Source: Heptranchias perlo (taxonomy: Eukaryota). Taken from it: DNA of 64,000 nucleotides. Positions 1 to 13,700 of this stretch are shown here, piece after piece. The position numbers were made by a program, and so were the translations under genes. The number at the start of each line of letters is the position of its first letter. Within the stretch, counting starts at the first letter, position 1. Under the pieces are notes generated by a model that did no database searches, was not told the origin of the DNA, and saw only the letters and a list, made by a program, of their open reading frames with translations. The DNA is taken from positions 2,232,001 to 2,296,000 of the forward strand of contig NW_027139623.1 of NCBI RefSeq assembly GCF_035084215.1, read 5' to 3'.

Positions 1-750
1 CAACAGAACCAGTGACTGAGAGATGCAGAATGATTCTCACACTCACATAAATTACCAGAGACTTAGATATACAGAATCAATCCCACAGTCACAAACAGGA
101 CCAGTGACTGACAGATACAAAGCCTCACTTTCATATAGTATCAGCGAGTGACGGTTACAGAATCATTCCCACACTCACACACAGTTCCAGAGACAGTGAT
201 ACAGAATCATTCCCACACTCACACACAGTTCCAGAGACAGTGATACAGAATCATTCCCACACTCACACACAGTTCCAGAGACAGTGATACAGAATCATTC
301 CCACACTCACACACAGTTCCAGAGACAGTGATACAGAATCATTCCCACACTCACATACTGTAACAGAACCTGACAGATACAGAATGAGTCACTCACTCAG
401 ATACAGTTCCATAGACTGACAGATACTGAATGAATCCCACACTGGACCAGAGACTGACAGATACTGAATGATTCCCACACTCACACACAATACCAGAGAC
501 TGACAGATACAGAATGAATCCCACACACACACAGGACCAGAGACTGACAGATACAGAATGAATCCCACACACACACAGGACCAGAGACTGACAGATACAG
601 AATGAATCCCACACACACACAGGACCAGAGACTGACAGATACAGAATGAATCCCACACACACACAGGACCAGAGACTGACAGAGACAGAATGAATCTCAC
701 ACTCACTAACAGTACCAGAGACTGACAGATACAGAATGAATCTCACAATC
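1..750. repeat. 44-46-bp minisatellite array (GAATCCCACACTCACACACAGTACCAGAGACTGACAGATACAGAAT-like)
   Basis: Period of 44 bp seen directly (AATCAT at 161 and 205; CCACACAC at 521 and 565). The repetitive ORFs 389-800 come from this array. Confidence 0.9.
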
Positions 751-1330
751 ACATTACTGCAGACTGAGTTGCGCATTACATACCAGTCCAAAAATCTCAT
801 AGTGTCAGATTGAAAGATACAGTGTCAATTCCATTGGTGCAGACTGAGCTACATATTCGATATATTGGTAATACTCATGTTATACTGAAATAAACATTAT
901 CAATACCATTGGTACAGACTGAGCTACACATTACATTCGAGTCCACAAACCCCATAAATGATCAGACTGGAAGCTATAGTTTAAATTCTATTCACACCAC
1001 CTGAGCTAAAATTATATAACAGCCCAACAATCTCATACAATATTAGACTGAAAGATACAGTATCGATTCCGTGAGTGCAGACAGGGCCACAGATTATATA
1101 GCAGTCCAACAATGTCACAACATATCAGACTCAAAGATACAATTTCAATTCCATTAGCCTAGACTGAGCTATATGTTACTCACCAGTCCAAAAGTCTCTC
1201 ACACTGTTAGACTCCGACACAGAATTAATCCCATTATTGCAGTCTTAGCTACACATTACATACTAGTCCAATAATTTCAACGTGAACAGATTGAAAGGTA
1301 CATTATCATTCACAATAGAGTTCAGAGATT
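750..1330. repeat. diverged ~80-bp satellite array
   Basis: Recurrent GACTGAGCTACACATTACATACCAGTCCAAAAATCTCA...GAAAGATACAGTATCAATTCCATT units. Confidence 0.8.
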
Positions 1331-1539
1331 AAGATGTAATACCACTCCAAAACTCACACACATTGTTTGATTAAAGAAAATCGAAAAGTGTATCCATATT
1401 ATCAAATCAAATACTCGACAAAGAACTGTATATAATTTGGAGTGTTAATGATACAGTTTCAAGTACGATACTCTGAACTGAAATAAGAATATGGAATGAA
1501 TTCAGACTTGCACATTGTCTCAGAGACTGAATTACATAA

Positions 1540-1950
1540 TGAATCCCACACTGAGATAAAGCAGCAGAGAATGGCAGATACAGAATGAATCCCACTCACA
1601 CAGACAGGACCAGAGACTGACAGGTACATAGTTAATTCCACACTCACACACAGCACCAGAGACTGGCAGTGATGGAATTAACCTCACACTGACATAAAGC
1701 ACCAGAGACTGTCAGATACAGAACAAACCCCACTCTCATATACAGTACCAGAGACAGACAGACAGGTACAGAATAAGCACCACTCTCAAAAACGGTACCA
1801 GAGACAGACAGATACAGAATAAACCTCACTCTCATATACAGTACCAGAGACTGACAGATACAAAATAAACCCCACTCTCATACACAGTACCAGAGACTGA
1901 CAGATACAGAATAAACCCCACTCTCATATACAGTACCAAAAACTGACCTC
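1540..1950. repeat. 46-bp minisatellite array
   Basis: CCAGAGACTGACAGATACAGAATAAACCCCACTCTCATATACAGTA units. Confidence 0.85.
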
Positions 1951-3689
1951 TACTGGACGTAAGCGAGAACTGTAAAAAAGCGGAACAAATTCACATTATC
2001 TGTCGTGGTTACAGAAACAGGACAGTGTGCAATGTGAGGAAAGTTTCTGTCTGTAACTTTTACTCTCGTATTTTTGCACATTTTGACGGTGAAACATGAA
2101 GACAATTGATTCATAATAAAGTTTTTATTTCACTCATTCGATAGTTGTGAATTTGCCCCATTATATTTCACTGTACATTGCGCAGTGTTTCTCTCTGATT
2201 TCCCAGGACACGATTTAAATTGCTCCTCTACCCCATTTAGACTCTTATTTTCCAAGCAGTATGTGGCCTCCTTATTCCCCGTAGCGAAATGCCCCACCTC
2301 ACACCTTTCTATATTGAAATTCAATGGCCATTGACACGGCTGTTCTGCAAGTTTATTTTGTCCCAGTCTTCCTCAGTATTGACAATACCCCCGAAATCAA
2401 TTACAAGAATTTAACACAGCATTAGAAGTAGTGTTTGGTCAAACAAAATGTACTTGGAGCTCGTCTCCATTCCCAGTTTTTCTAAATCCCACCCGTGCAA
2501 TATAATGTGAAGAATGAGTTTATCTTCTGTCCCTCTCTCATCTGGAAACTTCAATGACCCGGGGTTTGGGGACATCTACTGGCCGGAAGCAGAACTGCAA
2601 CAGTTCGGAACAAATTGCTGAAACCGGACAAGGTGCAGTGTGAGCGTGTTTGTGATTGGTGGCAGGTATTAAATCTGATTTTTTTATACCTGTCCATTAA
2701 CCTTTAGTGTTTGTTAATGAACAGTAAACAGAGCCGGACAGAAAGTATGTGGGGAGTTATACAAAGAGCATCTATTGCAGGCATCAGGTGAGAAGTTTGA
2801 AGGACTCATTTTAAACAGCGGCTGTTTTGTTTCAGTTGAACTGTTAATTCCAAGGGAGAGGGAATTAGAAATCTGATGTGTGCAAAGGTCCCGTCCCCAT
2901 CGGTAGTCCCATTCATGGATCAGTGCAGGGGTTGGGTTGTGTCTGGATGTCACTAAATGTTGTAAAACAGCCCAACACACCTGGTGTGCAGAGGCTGAGT
3001 GCTGCAGTACTGCAGTGGAGTCAGACACTGACACTGTTTGTATCGCTGGTTTTCATTTGTGTTTATTACAATGATTATTAACAGAGATTCAATTGTTCTT
3101 GAATTACAAGAGATACTTTTTCTTCCCACAGTTGAATCCTTGAAGGACCCAGAATCAGTGTGATGTTTACTCCACCCGGGGCACAAAGAGCAGTCAGTGC
3201 AGCCAGTTCCTTCTCACACACATTAGGTACCTTATCACTCACAGAGCACAGAGACACAGACAAGTCATCAGTCCCACAGTCTCAGACAGCAGAAATCGTC
3301 AGTCGCGCACTGATCCCAATCCAACAGTCAAAGAGTGCAGGAGAGAAAGACATAATTCCCATTTCACAATGACTCAGTATCGCTGACCGGCAGATAAATA
3401 TTTCCCAGTCCAAAATCACACCCAGTATCAGATTGAAAGGCACGGTGTTAATCTCACATTCGTTCAGCCTTAGCTACAAATTAAATACCAGGTAGAACTG
3501 ACACATGGTACTGATCGATAGATACAGAATGAATCACAATAGTGTACTCCAAGATTCAAATTAAATACCAGCCCACAACTCTCACATAATTTGAGTTTAA
3601 AGATGCCGTATTCATGACAATAGTGTACACTGAGATATAAATTAGATACCAGTTGAGATGTTACCCATATTTGACTCACATATATCCAA

Positions 3690-4520
3690 AAACCTCATAG
3701 TGTCAGAATGAAATGTACAGTTTCAATTCCTTTACTGCAGACTGAGGTACACATTAGATACCAGTCCAAAATTCTCATACAGTATCAGATTGAAAGACAC
3801 TGTATCAATCCCATTATTACAGACTGAGCTACACTTCACATACCAGTCCAAAAATCTCAGTGTCAGGTTGAAAGATACAGTATCAATCCCATTAGTGCAG
3901 ATTGAGCTACACATTATATACCAGTCCAAAATTCGCATAAAGTATCGTACTGGAAGATACAATATCAATTATTTTACTGCAGACAGAGGTTCACATTAGA
4001 TACCTGTCCAAAAATCACATACAGTATCATACTGAAATATATAGTATCGATTTGATTAGTACAGACTGACCGACACGTTACATACCAGTACAAAAATCTC
4101 ACACGGTGTCAGACTGGAAGATACAGTATCAATTCCATTAGTGCAGACTGAACTATACCTTACAAACCAGTCTAAATATATTGCACAGTGTCAGACTGAA
4201 AGGTACAGTATGAATTCCATTAGTGCAGACTGAGCGACACATTATATACCGTCCAAAATTCACATACATCATCATACTGAAACAGACAGTGTGAATCCTA
4301 TTAGTGTAGACTCAGCTACACATTAGAAACCAGTCCAAAAATCTCTCGCAGTGTCTGACTGAAAGTTAGAGTGTCAATTCCATTAGTACAGACTGAACCA
4401 CACATGACATACCAGTCCAAAATCTCATACAGTGTCAGACTGAAAGATATATTATCAATTCCATTAGCCCAGAATGAGCTACACAATAAATACCAGTCCA
4501 ATAATTTCACAGTAAAAGAT
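3690..4520. repeat. ~80-bp satellite array (about 10 units)
   Basis: Repeating ACCAGTCCAAAA...GACTGAAAGATACAGTATCAATTCCATTAGTGCAGACTGAGC. Confidence 0.85.
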
Positions 4521-4734
4521 TGAAATGTACATTATCTTCACAGAGATTAAAATGTAATCCGACAACAAAACTCACACACATTGTTTGATTAAAATAAAAT
4601 CCGAAACTGTATCCATATTTACAAATTAATGCTAGATGAAAGATTTGCATACATTAATGACTTAAAGATACAGATTGAAGCACCATACTGTAACCTGAAA
4701 TAAGAATACAGAACGAATCCAGACTTGCACTTTG

Positions 4735-5240
4735 CACAGAGACTGAGTTACAGAATGAATCCCACACTGAGATAAAATACCAGAGACTGACAGTCAAAGA
4801 ATGAATCCCACACTCACAGATAGCACCAGAGATTGACAGATACAGAATGAATCCCACACTCACACGCATTCCCAGAGATTGACAGTCACAGAATGAATCC
4901 CACACTCACATACAGTACCAGAGACTGAGAGATACCGAATGAATATCACACTCACAGACTGTACTGGAGACTGACGGATACAGAATGAATATCACACTCA
5001 CATACAGTACCAGAGATTGACAGATACAGAATGAATCCCACACTCACAGACTGTACTGGAGACTGACGGATACAGAATGAATATCACACTCACATACAGT
5101 ACCAGAGATTGACAGATACAGAATGAGTCCCACACTCACAGACTGTACTGGAGACTGACGGATACAGAATGAATATCACACTCACATCCAGTAACAGAGA
5201 CTGACAGACAGAGAATTAATCCCACACTCACATGCAGTCT
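4735..5240. repeat. 46-bp minisatellite array
   Basis: GAATGAAT(C/A)(C/T)CACACTCACA...GAGACTGACAGATACA units, with alternating variants. Confidence 0.85.
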
Positions 5241-5620
5241 GACATCTACTGGCCATAAGTGAGAACTGTAACAGAGTGGAACAAATTCACATTATCTTTC
5301 GTCGTTCCAGATTCAGGACAATGTGTAATGTGAGGAAATAGTTTCTCTCTGTAACTTCTACTCTCGTACTTTTTCATATTTTGTCCGTGAAAAATTAGAC
5401 AATTGATTCATAATAAAGTTTTTCTTTTGCTCATTCGAAAGTTGCCCCATTATGTTTCACTCTACATTGCACAAGATTTCTGTCTGATTTCTCAGGACTC
5501 GATTTATATTAATTCAAATAAACCGAACTGAAACACAAATAAAAACTGAGCGCAAATCTGCAAGTTTCAACGGCGACCGTCAAAAGTGAAAGGGATAAAA
5601 TATAGAAAAAATTAAAACCG

Positions 5621-5710
5621 AAAATGCTGGAAAGACTCAGCAGGTCCGGCAGCATCTGTTGAGAAGGGAAGCTCGGGTTAACGGTTCAGGACTATGACCC
5701 TTCTATAGAT
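5621..5710 (-). mobile_element. second Penelope-like pLTR fragment (degenerate); mirror copy at 22783-22872
   Basis: Reverse strand reads GAAGGGTCATAGTCCTGAACCGTTAAC...CAGATGCTGCCGGACCTGCTGAGTCTTTCCAGCATTTT, resembling abundant shark Penelope-like termini (recalled, not searched). Confidence 0.5.
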
Positions 5711-6289
5711 CAGAAAGGTTAATCCGACATAATTGAAACAAGGAACGGGAATCAGCAGAGGGAAAGACTTCAGAAAATCAATTAATTTCACTGAATCCGG
5801 GCAATTGTGTTCCGTATCCACTGTACAGATAAGGGCACATAATAATACAAAGGATCAGAGTTAAATTCAACGTTATGGGAGAAATAAATGAATTTTAAAA
5901 GTATTTTTATGTAAATTTGACCCGTTTGTGTTTTGGAAACACTATCGCTCTGAACATCATCAAATTCGGTTCCAGTCTTGGTGTTTCTGAATTCAGCGAA
6001 CTGGGATTCAAACCTGTTGGAATTAACTGTTTGGAAGGCAGCTCTACTCACCATTATAGCACCTTAGTTCACTCGGAGGGAGAAATAGAGTGTTTCTGTG
6101 GAGTTTCGGACTGAATTGCTCCCTTTTGGTTTCTGGCACTTTAATCATAGACAATAAATAGTTCCCAAACATCAGCCCCTGAACAGACACAACAAGCTGA
6201 TGGAATTTCTCATTCTTTGATATTAAATAAGGTGATGGCAAAAGCGAATGGAAAGAGGTTAGGAAGAAGTCACAAAAACAATTAGGGAA

Positions 6290-7130
6290 GCAAACAGGAA
6301 CTACGAAATCAAATTATCAAGGAATACAAAAAGAAATAGTAAATTATTCCACAGGCACAAAAATAACAAAAGGAAAATCAGAATATCTGAGGGCCACGAA
6401 GGGATGCACAAGATAAACTAACAGATAACGTCAGCGAAATGCCAGAAATATTGAATGATTATTTGCCTCAGTATTTACCCGGGAGATTAACAGGGTGAAC
6501 ATGATATTAGAGGAAGGGGTCAATAAAGATATCAAGACATTTAAGTTAGAAAGGGTGGTTAAACTCCTGGTCCAGATGGATTGCATCCGTGCATATTAAT
6601 TGAAGCAAGGGAAGAGATAGCAGAGGCACTGTTACATATATAGAAAAAAATCATCACAAAAAGGAATAGTTCCAGAGGACTGGATGACAGTTAATGTGAT
6701 TCTTATATTTTAAAACAGGAGATAGAACAAGTCCAGGGAACTATAGACCAGTTAACTAAAGGTCGGTGGTCGGAATGATCATGGAATCTTTTACTCAATG
6801 CTGCAATAGAAAAATTGTAAACAATTTTACAACACCAAGTTATAGTCCAGCAATTTTATTTTAAATTCACAAGCTTTCGGAGGCTTCCTCCCTCGTCAGG
6901 TGAACGATGTGAAAATGACGAAGGAGGAAGCCTCCGAAAGCTTGTGAATTTAAAATAAAATTGCTGGACTATAACTTGGTGTTGTAAAATTTTTTACAAT
7001 TGTCAACCCCAGTCCATCACCGGCATCTCCACATCATGACTGCAACAGAAAAACATCGAGAAACCGAAAATATAACAAATAGTCAGCACGGATTTCAGAA
7101 AGGGAAGGTTTAACAGTTTGACAGAAGGTT
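6290..7130 (+). mobile_element. decayed CR1-type LINE ORF2 fragment, interrupted by a Penelope-like insert
   Basis: Encodes PGPDGLHP, PEDWMTVNVI.IFK, PGNYRPV and SQHGFQKG-like RT-proximal motifs with frameshifts. Confidence 0.75.
6815..7039 (+). mobile_element. Penelope-like short element (inverted pLTR, hammerhead motif), copy 1
   Basis: Same arms and tail as 8018-8255. Flanked by a 14-bp TSD, CTGCAATAGAAAAA (6801-6814) / CTGCAACAGAAAAA (7040-7053). Confidence 0.85.
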
Positions 7131-7134
7131 TGAA

Positions 7135-7415
7135 AGTTTAAATTATAGTTCAACATAATTTATCTGCTTTTCAATTCTACTCCTCCAGAAACAAACCTCT
7201 GTGTTTGCTTTTTATGGACTTATCAACCTGTGTTGCTACTTTTAAAGATTTGTCAATCTGTACCCCTAAATCCCTTTACACTTCGACTCCATTTAGACTC
7301 TTATTTTCCAAGCAGTATGTGGCCTCCTTATTCCCCCGAGCAAAATGCACCACCTCACACCTTTCTATATGGAAATTCAAAGGCCATTTGCACCGCCTTT
7401 CAGCAAGCTTATTAA
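7135..7415 (-). mobile_element. CR1 LINE RT fragment
   Basis: Reverse strand encodes WPLNFHIEKCEVVHFARGNKEATY (CR1 W.M.FN..KC.V.HF motif). Confidence 0.7.
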
Positions 7416-7684
7416 AGTCAGTATAGATAATACCCCCTAAATTCATTACAAGCATTTAATACAGCATTACAACTAATGTTTTATCAATAAAATGTTCTCC
7501 ATTCCCAGTTTTTGAAAATCCCACCCGTGCAATATAATGTGAAGAATGAGTTTATCTTCTGTCCCTCTCTCATCTGTAAACTTCAATGACCCGGGGTTTG
7601 GGGACATCTACTGGCCGGAAGCAGAACTGCAACAGTTCGGAACAAATTGCTGAAAGCGGACAATGTGCAGTGTGAGCGTGTTTG

Positions 7685-7835
7685 TGATTGGTGGCAGGTA
7701 TTAAATCTGATTGGTTTCTTCAGATATCCAATCAGATCGATAAAGGAAAAATATTGTGACATCAGTCCCAATCACAATCATTGCCTTCCCTCATCCCTCA
7801 TTACCATAGGGCTGTGGGGCTGCCTATTTAATCCG
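7685..7835 (+). promoter_or_regulatory. H2B promoter (multiple CCAAT boxes, TATTTAA box)
   Basis: ATTGG at ~7687 and ~7710, CCAAT at ~7728 and ~7769, CTATTTAA at ~7823; conserved in the 21790-21945 copy. Confidence 0.7.
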
Positions 7836-8017
7836 AGCTCGGAGCGGATTTGAGTCATTTCTGGGTCTGAAATTGAGTTTGAAAATGCCTGAGGACAAGA
7901 AAGCAGCTCCCAAGAAGGGCGCCAAGAAAACCTTGAATAAAGCACCAGCCAAGGGCGGCAAGAAGCGGAGAAAGTCGAGGAAGGAGAGTTACTCCATCTA
8001 CGTCTACAAAGTGATGA

Positions 8018-8507
<490 letters not shown>

Positions 8508-8546
8508 TAAAACTCCACAATGCACTGAAAAAAAAGTAAACACAAA

Positions 8547-8562
8547 GGCTCTTTTAAGAGCC
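8547..8562 (+). terminator. histone 3' stem-loop (H2B-psi)
   Basis: GGCTCTTTTAAGAGCC followed by ACCCA. Confidence 0.9.
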
Positions 8563-9299
8563 ACCCACAGTCTCTCTGAAGACGCTGTACCGACACCTCT
8601 TTATGGAATCATTTTACTGTAGATAGTTTGATACTAACTGTCTCTCTGTAACTCTTGTGTTTTTGTAGTTTCTCTTGAAATCTGGAAGATTCTCATAAAC
8701 ACAGCCCGGTTTAATCTGTGTGTCGCTTTTTTATTTATTCCCAATAACCAAAAACTTGTCCCTGATCCTCTCATTCCCGTTGATTTTCCACCCCTTCCCC
8801 CGCATCTGCCCCTTCAGAGCCGTTTTCAGGCGGTGGATTAGACTTCAGTCATTTCATTCTCCTTTTCCCGTTTGTTTGTTCATTATTCGGGAATATCACT
8901 TTCAGAACCGCAATCCTTTGTAAAGCAGCAACCCTGAAAGGGACTTTACACCGAGTACAGAATAGTCTAAAGGCTCTGTCACTGTTCGACTTCTTACACC
9001 AGGAGTCTCGGCTCCGGTTTCGATCGCGCTGCAGCTCCTGTGAACAGGGATCAATCCACAATCTGTGGTTTGTTACTTTTACAAAGATTGAGCTGGAATC
9101 TGTCCCGTTACAAAATGGGACTTTATTGGAGCCCGATTGAAAGCGAACGGTGAATGAAGCCGGATTTTAACCGGATTGTAAAAGATTCTGGAAGTTGTGA
9201 CGGGAAATGTGGAAAAACAGAGTAAAAGGAGAGAAATTATTCAACCTTTGTCTTAAGGCGACATTATTTACTAAATCCGCTTCTTGTGTTACAAATATA

Positions 9300-9930
<631 letters not shown>

Positions 9931-9960
9931 AGCGGCCAAGATTTAATCTGATAACCCAAA

Positions 9961-9976
9961 GGCTCTTTTCAGAGCC
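9961..9976 (+). terminator. histone 3' stem-loop (H2A)
   Basis: GGCTCTTTTCAGAGCC followed by ACCCA and a purine-rich HDE (GAAAGGGCTG). Confidence 0.95.
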
Positions 9977-10089
9977 ACCCACTGTATCTGTGAAAGGGCT
10001 GGTTACTGTCTGAAGAGACTGACCTATTGATTACAGTTATCCCCTGTCTACGTTAATATATTACATCACTACAGCGGTTAAAGGAATGT

Positions 10090-10425
10090 GAGCCAATGTA
10101 AGTCACCGAGCACATGGGTGATAGGTGAACGGGTCTTGGTGCGAGTTGGGATAGGGGAACGGAGTTTTGGAGGAGTTGAAGATTTCAGAGGGCGTAAAAT
10201 AGGAGGCTGACCAGGAGAGCATCGGAAGAGCCAAGTCTGGAGGTAACAAGGGCGTGGATGCGGGTTTCAGCACCAGAACAGCTTAGGCGGGGGGCGGTAG
10301 ACGCGCGATGTTTCGGGGGTGGATGTTGGCAGTCTTGGTCGTGGTTCGGATATGGGGCCGGATGCTCATCTCAGGGTCAAATTGGACGCTAAGGTTGCGA
10401 AGTTCAAGATTCCGCTTCACACAGT
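10090..10425 (-). mobile_element. L2-type LINE RT fragment
   Basis: Reverse strand encodes LRNLSVQFDPEMSIRPHIRTTTKTANIHPRNIARL, then IHALVTSRL (typical L2 C-terminal RT region). Confidence 0.7.
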
Positions 10426-11047
10426 GGCCAGGGACGAGTCTCTGTCCATCCCGGTCCCTGAATCCAGTCCCCACACAGGATAATTCTCCATCCATCCCGG
10501 TGCCTGAATCTATCCAGTCCCACACTGACCCAAGCACGGAAAGGTATCGGGTGCCTTCCACACCGATTCATGTTTATTGAACTTTTGAGCGCCTACTGTC
10601 AGGTACAAATCTGAAAACTAAAACTCCCTCTTCCAACGGTTCCGTAGCGGCACTGATTGATTCTGTTATGATAGTGATTGTATTGGAACTGTAGTGTGCC
10701 TCATTTATTGAATTTAAATTGTATTTTCCGCCTTTTTTCCCCAGAAATCCTTGAATATTAAGCCGGAGTCTGTAAGGATTGTGTCTGAATTTATATTTCG
10801 CATTTGATGCTGGTGAAAATTTTATAAAGGACGGTAACTGATTCCTGGAGGCGGAGCTTGACGTCACACGTCCGCTTGTCCGTCATTCTGAGCCAGTCTC
10901 CTCCCCTCCCGCACTTCATGCTCTGTCTGTCATTCAAACACTCCTCCCCGGCCTCTCCGATAATGTGCCTTTCTCAACCAGGTCGGGGCGGGCTTTATAA
11001 ATAGAGAAGAAAGGCGAGAGTTTTTCATTCAGCGGCGATCTGAGTGA

Positions 11048-11368
<321 letters not shown>

Positions 11369-11403
11369 ACGACTCGACCCTTTCAAACCGGACACAAAAC
11401 AAA

Positions 11404-11419
11404 GGCTCTTCTAAGAGCC
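11404..11419 (+). terminator. histone 3' stem-loop (H4)
   Basis: GGCTCTTCTAAGAGCC followed by ACCCA and GAGAGAG HDE. Confidence 0.9.
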
Positions 11420-12704
11420 ACCCACCGCCTCACAGAGAGAGCACTGACCTGGGAACGGGTGCGGGATATATGGGGCTCGGGAATAGTTTTATAATTAAGG
11501 AGTTTTCAGGAACACACAGTACGGTGACGTGGGATCGGCGGTGTGCTGCACCGGTTACTGAGAGGAAAATTTCCCTTAATGAGTGCACTGAATTGTCCAG
11601 GGAACGTTACAAGTGAGTTTACCCGGACCTGCATTTCCCCCCTCAGTGAAATGCTCCTTCACTCCATTCGCTCTGGTTTGGTTCTATTTATCAGTCAGAT
11701 GTTGTGATGTGTGACCGGGGGTTTCCATGGGAGAACAGGTTAAGCTGAGCCGCTGTGATAAGGGGCCAGCTTGTGATGTGGATTTTCACTCTGACGGTTG
11801 TTTCTGACACTGATACTGAGAGGGTTTGTGAAATTGAACCGTTTGAGCTCAGTCATTGGGGACCTGGAATTACCACAGGCCCAACTCTCAAAGCCCGCTC
11901 CAAACTGAGGCTTCTTCTCATTGGTTGCTTTGCTTGAAAACTAATTTCCTTAACCAATCGGAGAGACGTCAATACGAAAACAGAGCAAATTATTGGCCAG
12001 AATTGACCGATTTTTTAAAATTTGAAAAAGGCCGCCAATTTCAGTGAATGAAATCAGTGAATTACTCGGACATGTCGTTTTCAGACAAAGACTTAAAATC
12101 TCTTTGTAATAATGTTATTCCGTATTACACGTCCCAGATTCCTAGCGCTGTTTTAAAAACACATTGTCCATAACTTGCGGAATAAAACCCCATTCATAGA
12201 TTGCTGATATGGACAAATTTCACTTCTACCTGTAAAAGTAACAAATTACAGGTTATCGATTGATTCCGTTGCAGGGACTGAACAGGAGCCGTGTGTCCTG
12301 AAAACGGAATCATTGACGAAGCCTGAAAATGAGCCTGTTCTTTTCTCCAAGACGTTCATTCTGGATTGTGACACTGCGGGGAACGTGCTGCTAATATGCG
12401 GGATATTAACATCAGTAATTAATTATTTCAGAGACTGGCTCCGCAGTGAGAAAGAGGAAGGAACTGAATTCTGATTCATCGCCCTGAAAGTGGTGGTTAA
12501 CGGGAAAACCGGGGGCGGTGTAAATCTGAATGAGAGCGAGAGCAAAGCAAAAGGGGAATTGAACGGACCCCGGACCCGTGTTCACTTTATTGGGCAGTAA
12601 ATTCTACAGAAACAAACATTAAAATGGGGCAGTTTCACTGATTTTATTTCAATTTCTCCACCAGATTCAAAGGATGATGGCCGAGTAAAGCAGCAATTCT
12701 GAAT

Positions 12705-13180
12705 TTGTCAGTCTCAGGTCCTATGTGTGAGTGTGGGATTCATTCTTTATCTGTCAGTCACTGGTACTGTGTGTGAGTGTGGGATTCATTCTGTATCTGT
12801 CAGTCTCTGGTACTGTGTGTGAGTGTGGGATTCATTCTGTATCTGTCAGTCTCTGGTACTGTGTGTGAGTGTGGGATTCATTCTGTATCTGTCAGTCTCT
12901 GGTACTGTGTGTGAGTGTGGGATTCATCCTGTATCTGTCAGTCTCTGGTACTGTGTGTGAGTGTGGGATTTATTCTGTATCTGTCAGTCTCTGGTACTGC
13001 AAATGAGTGTGGGATTTATTCTGTATCTGTCAGTCTCTGGTACTGCAAATGAGTGTGGGATTTATTCTGTATCTGTCAGTCTCTGGTACTGTGTGTGAGT
13101 GTGGGATTCATCGTGTATCTCTTACTCTCTAGTACAGTGTGAGAATCTGGGATTCATTGGGGATCTGTCAGTCTCTGGAA
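12705..13180. repeat. 46-bp minisatellite array (about 10 units)
   Basis: GGGATTCATTCTGTATCTGTCAGTCTCTGGTACTGTGTGTGAGTGT at 12781, 12827, ... Confidence 0.92.
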
Positions 13181-13399
13181 CAGGACACAAGTCAGGATTA
13201 ATACCTTGTCTGTATTTTAATTGGAACTCAGTTTCCAGTTTGGTGTTTTAAACTCTCTCCTTTATATATAAACCTATAAATAGTTTTCCCCTTAGAAGTT
13301 AATTTTTTAAATATTGTGCACATTGGAATTTCTTGCTGCTGGTTTTAATGAGAAAAGCTGTGTACCCTTTGGACTGATATTAAACCTGTATCACAGCAA

Positions 13400-13700
13400 A
13401 CACTAATGGAAATGATACTGGATCTCAGTCTCACACTGAGATTTTTGGATTGCTATGTAATGTGTAGCTCAGTCTGCACTAATGGAATTGATACTGTTTC
13501 TTTCAGTCTGATACTGAGAGATTTTTGGATTGCCATGTAATATGTAGCTTAATCTGCACTTATGGAATTGATACTGTATCTTTCAGTCTGATACTGAGAG
13601 ATTTTTTGAATTGCTATGTAATGTGTGGCTCAGTCTGCACTAATGGAATTGATACTGTATCTTTCAGGGTGTCAGTGTGAGAGACTTTAGCACTTCTCCG
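13400..13700. repeat. 80-bp satellite array
   Basis: ATTTTTGGATTG at 13441 and 13521; similar unit at ~13601. Confidence 0.85.

Noticed and set aside
389-800. Repetitive Cys/Val-rich ORFs (also 27473-27781 and similar)
   Set aside because: Translations of the 44-46-bp minisatellite; no coding signature.
12705-13180. CRISPR-like regular repeats
   Set aside because: Head-to-tail units with no unique spacers, no cas genes, eukaryotic context.
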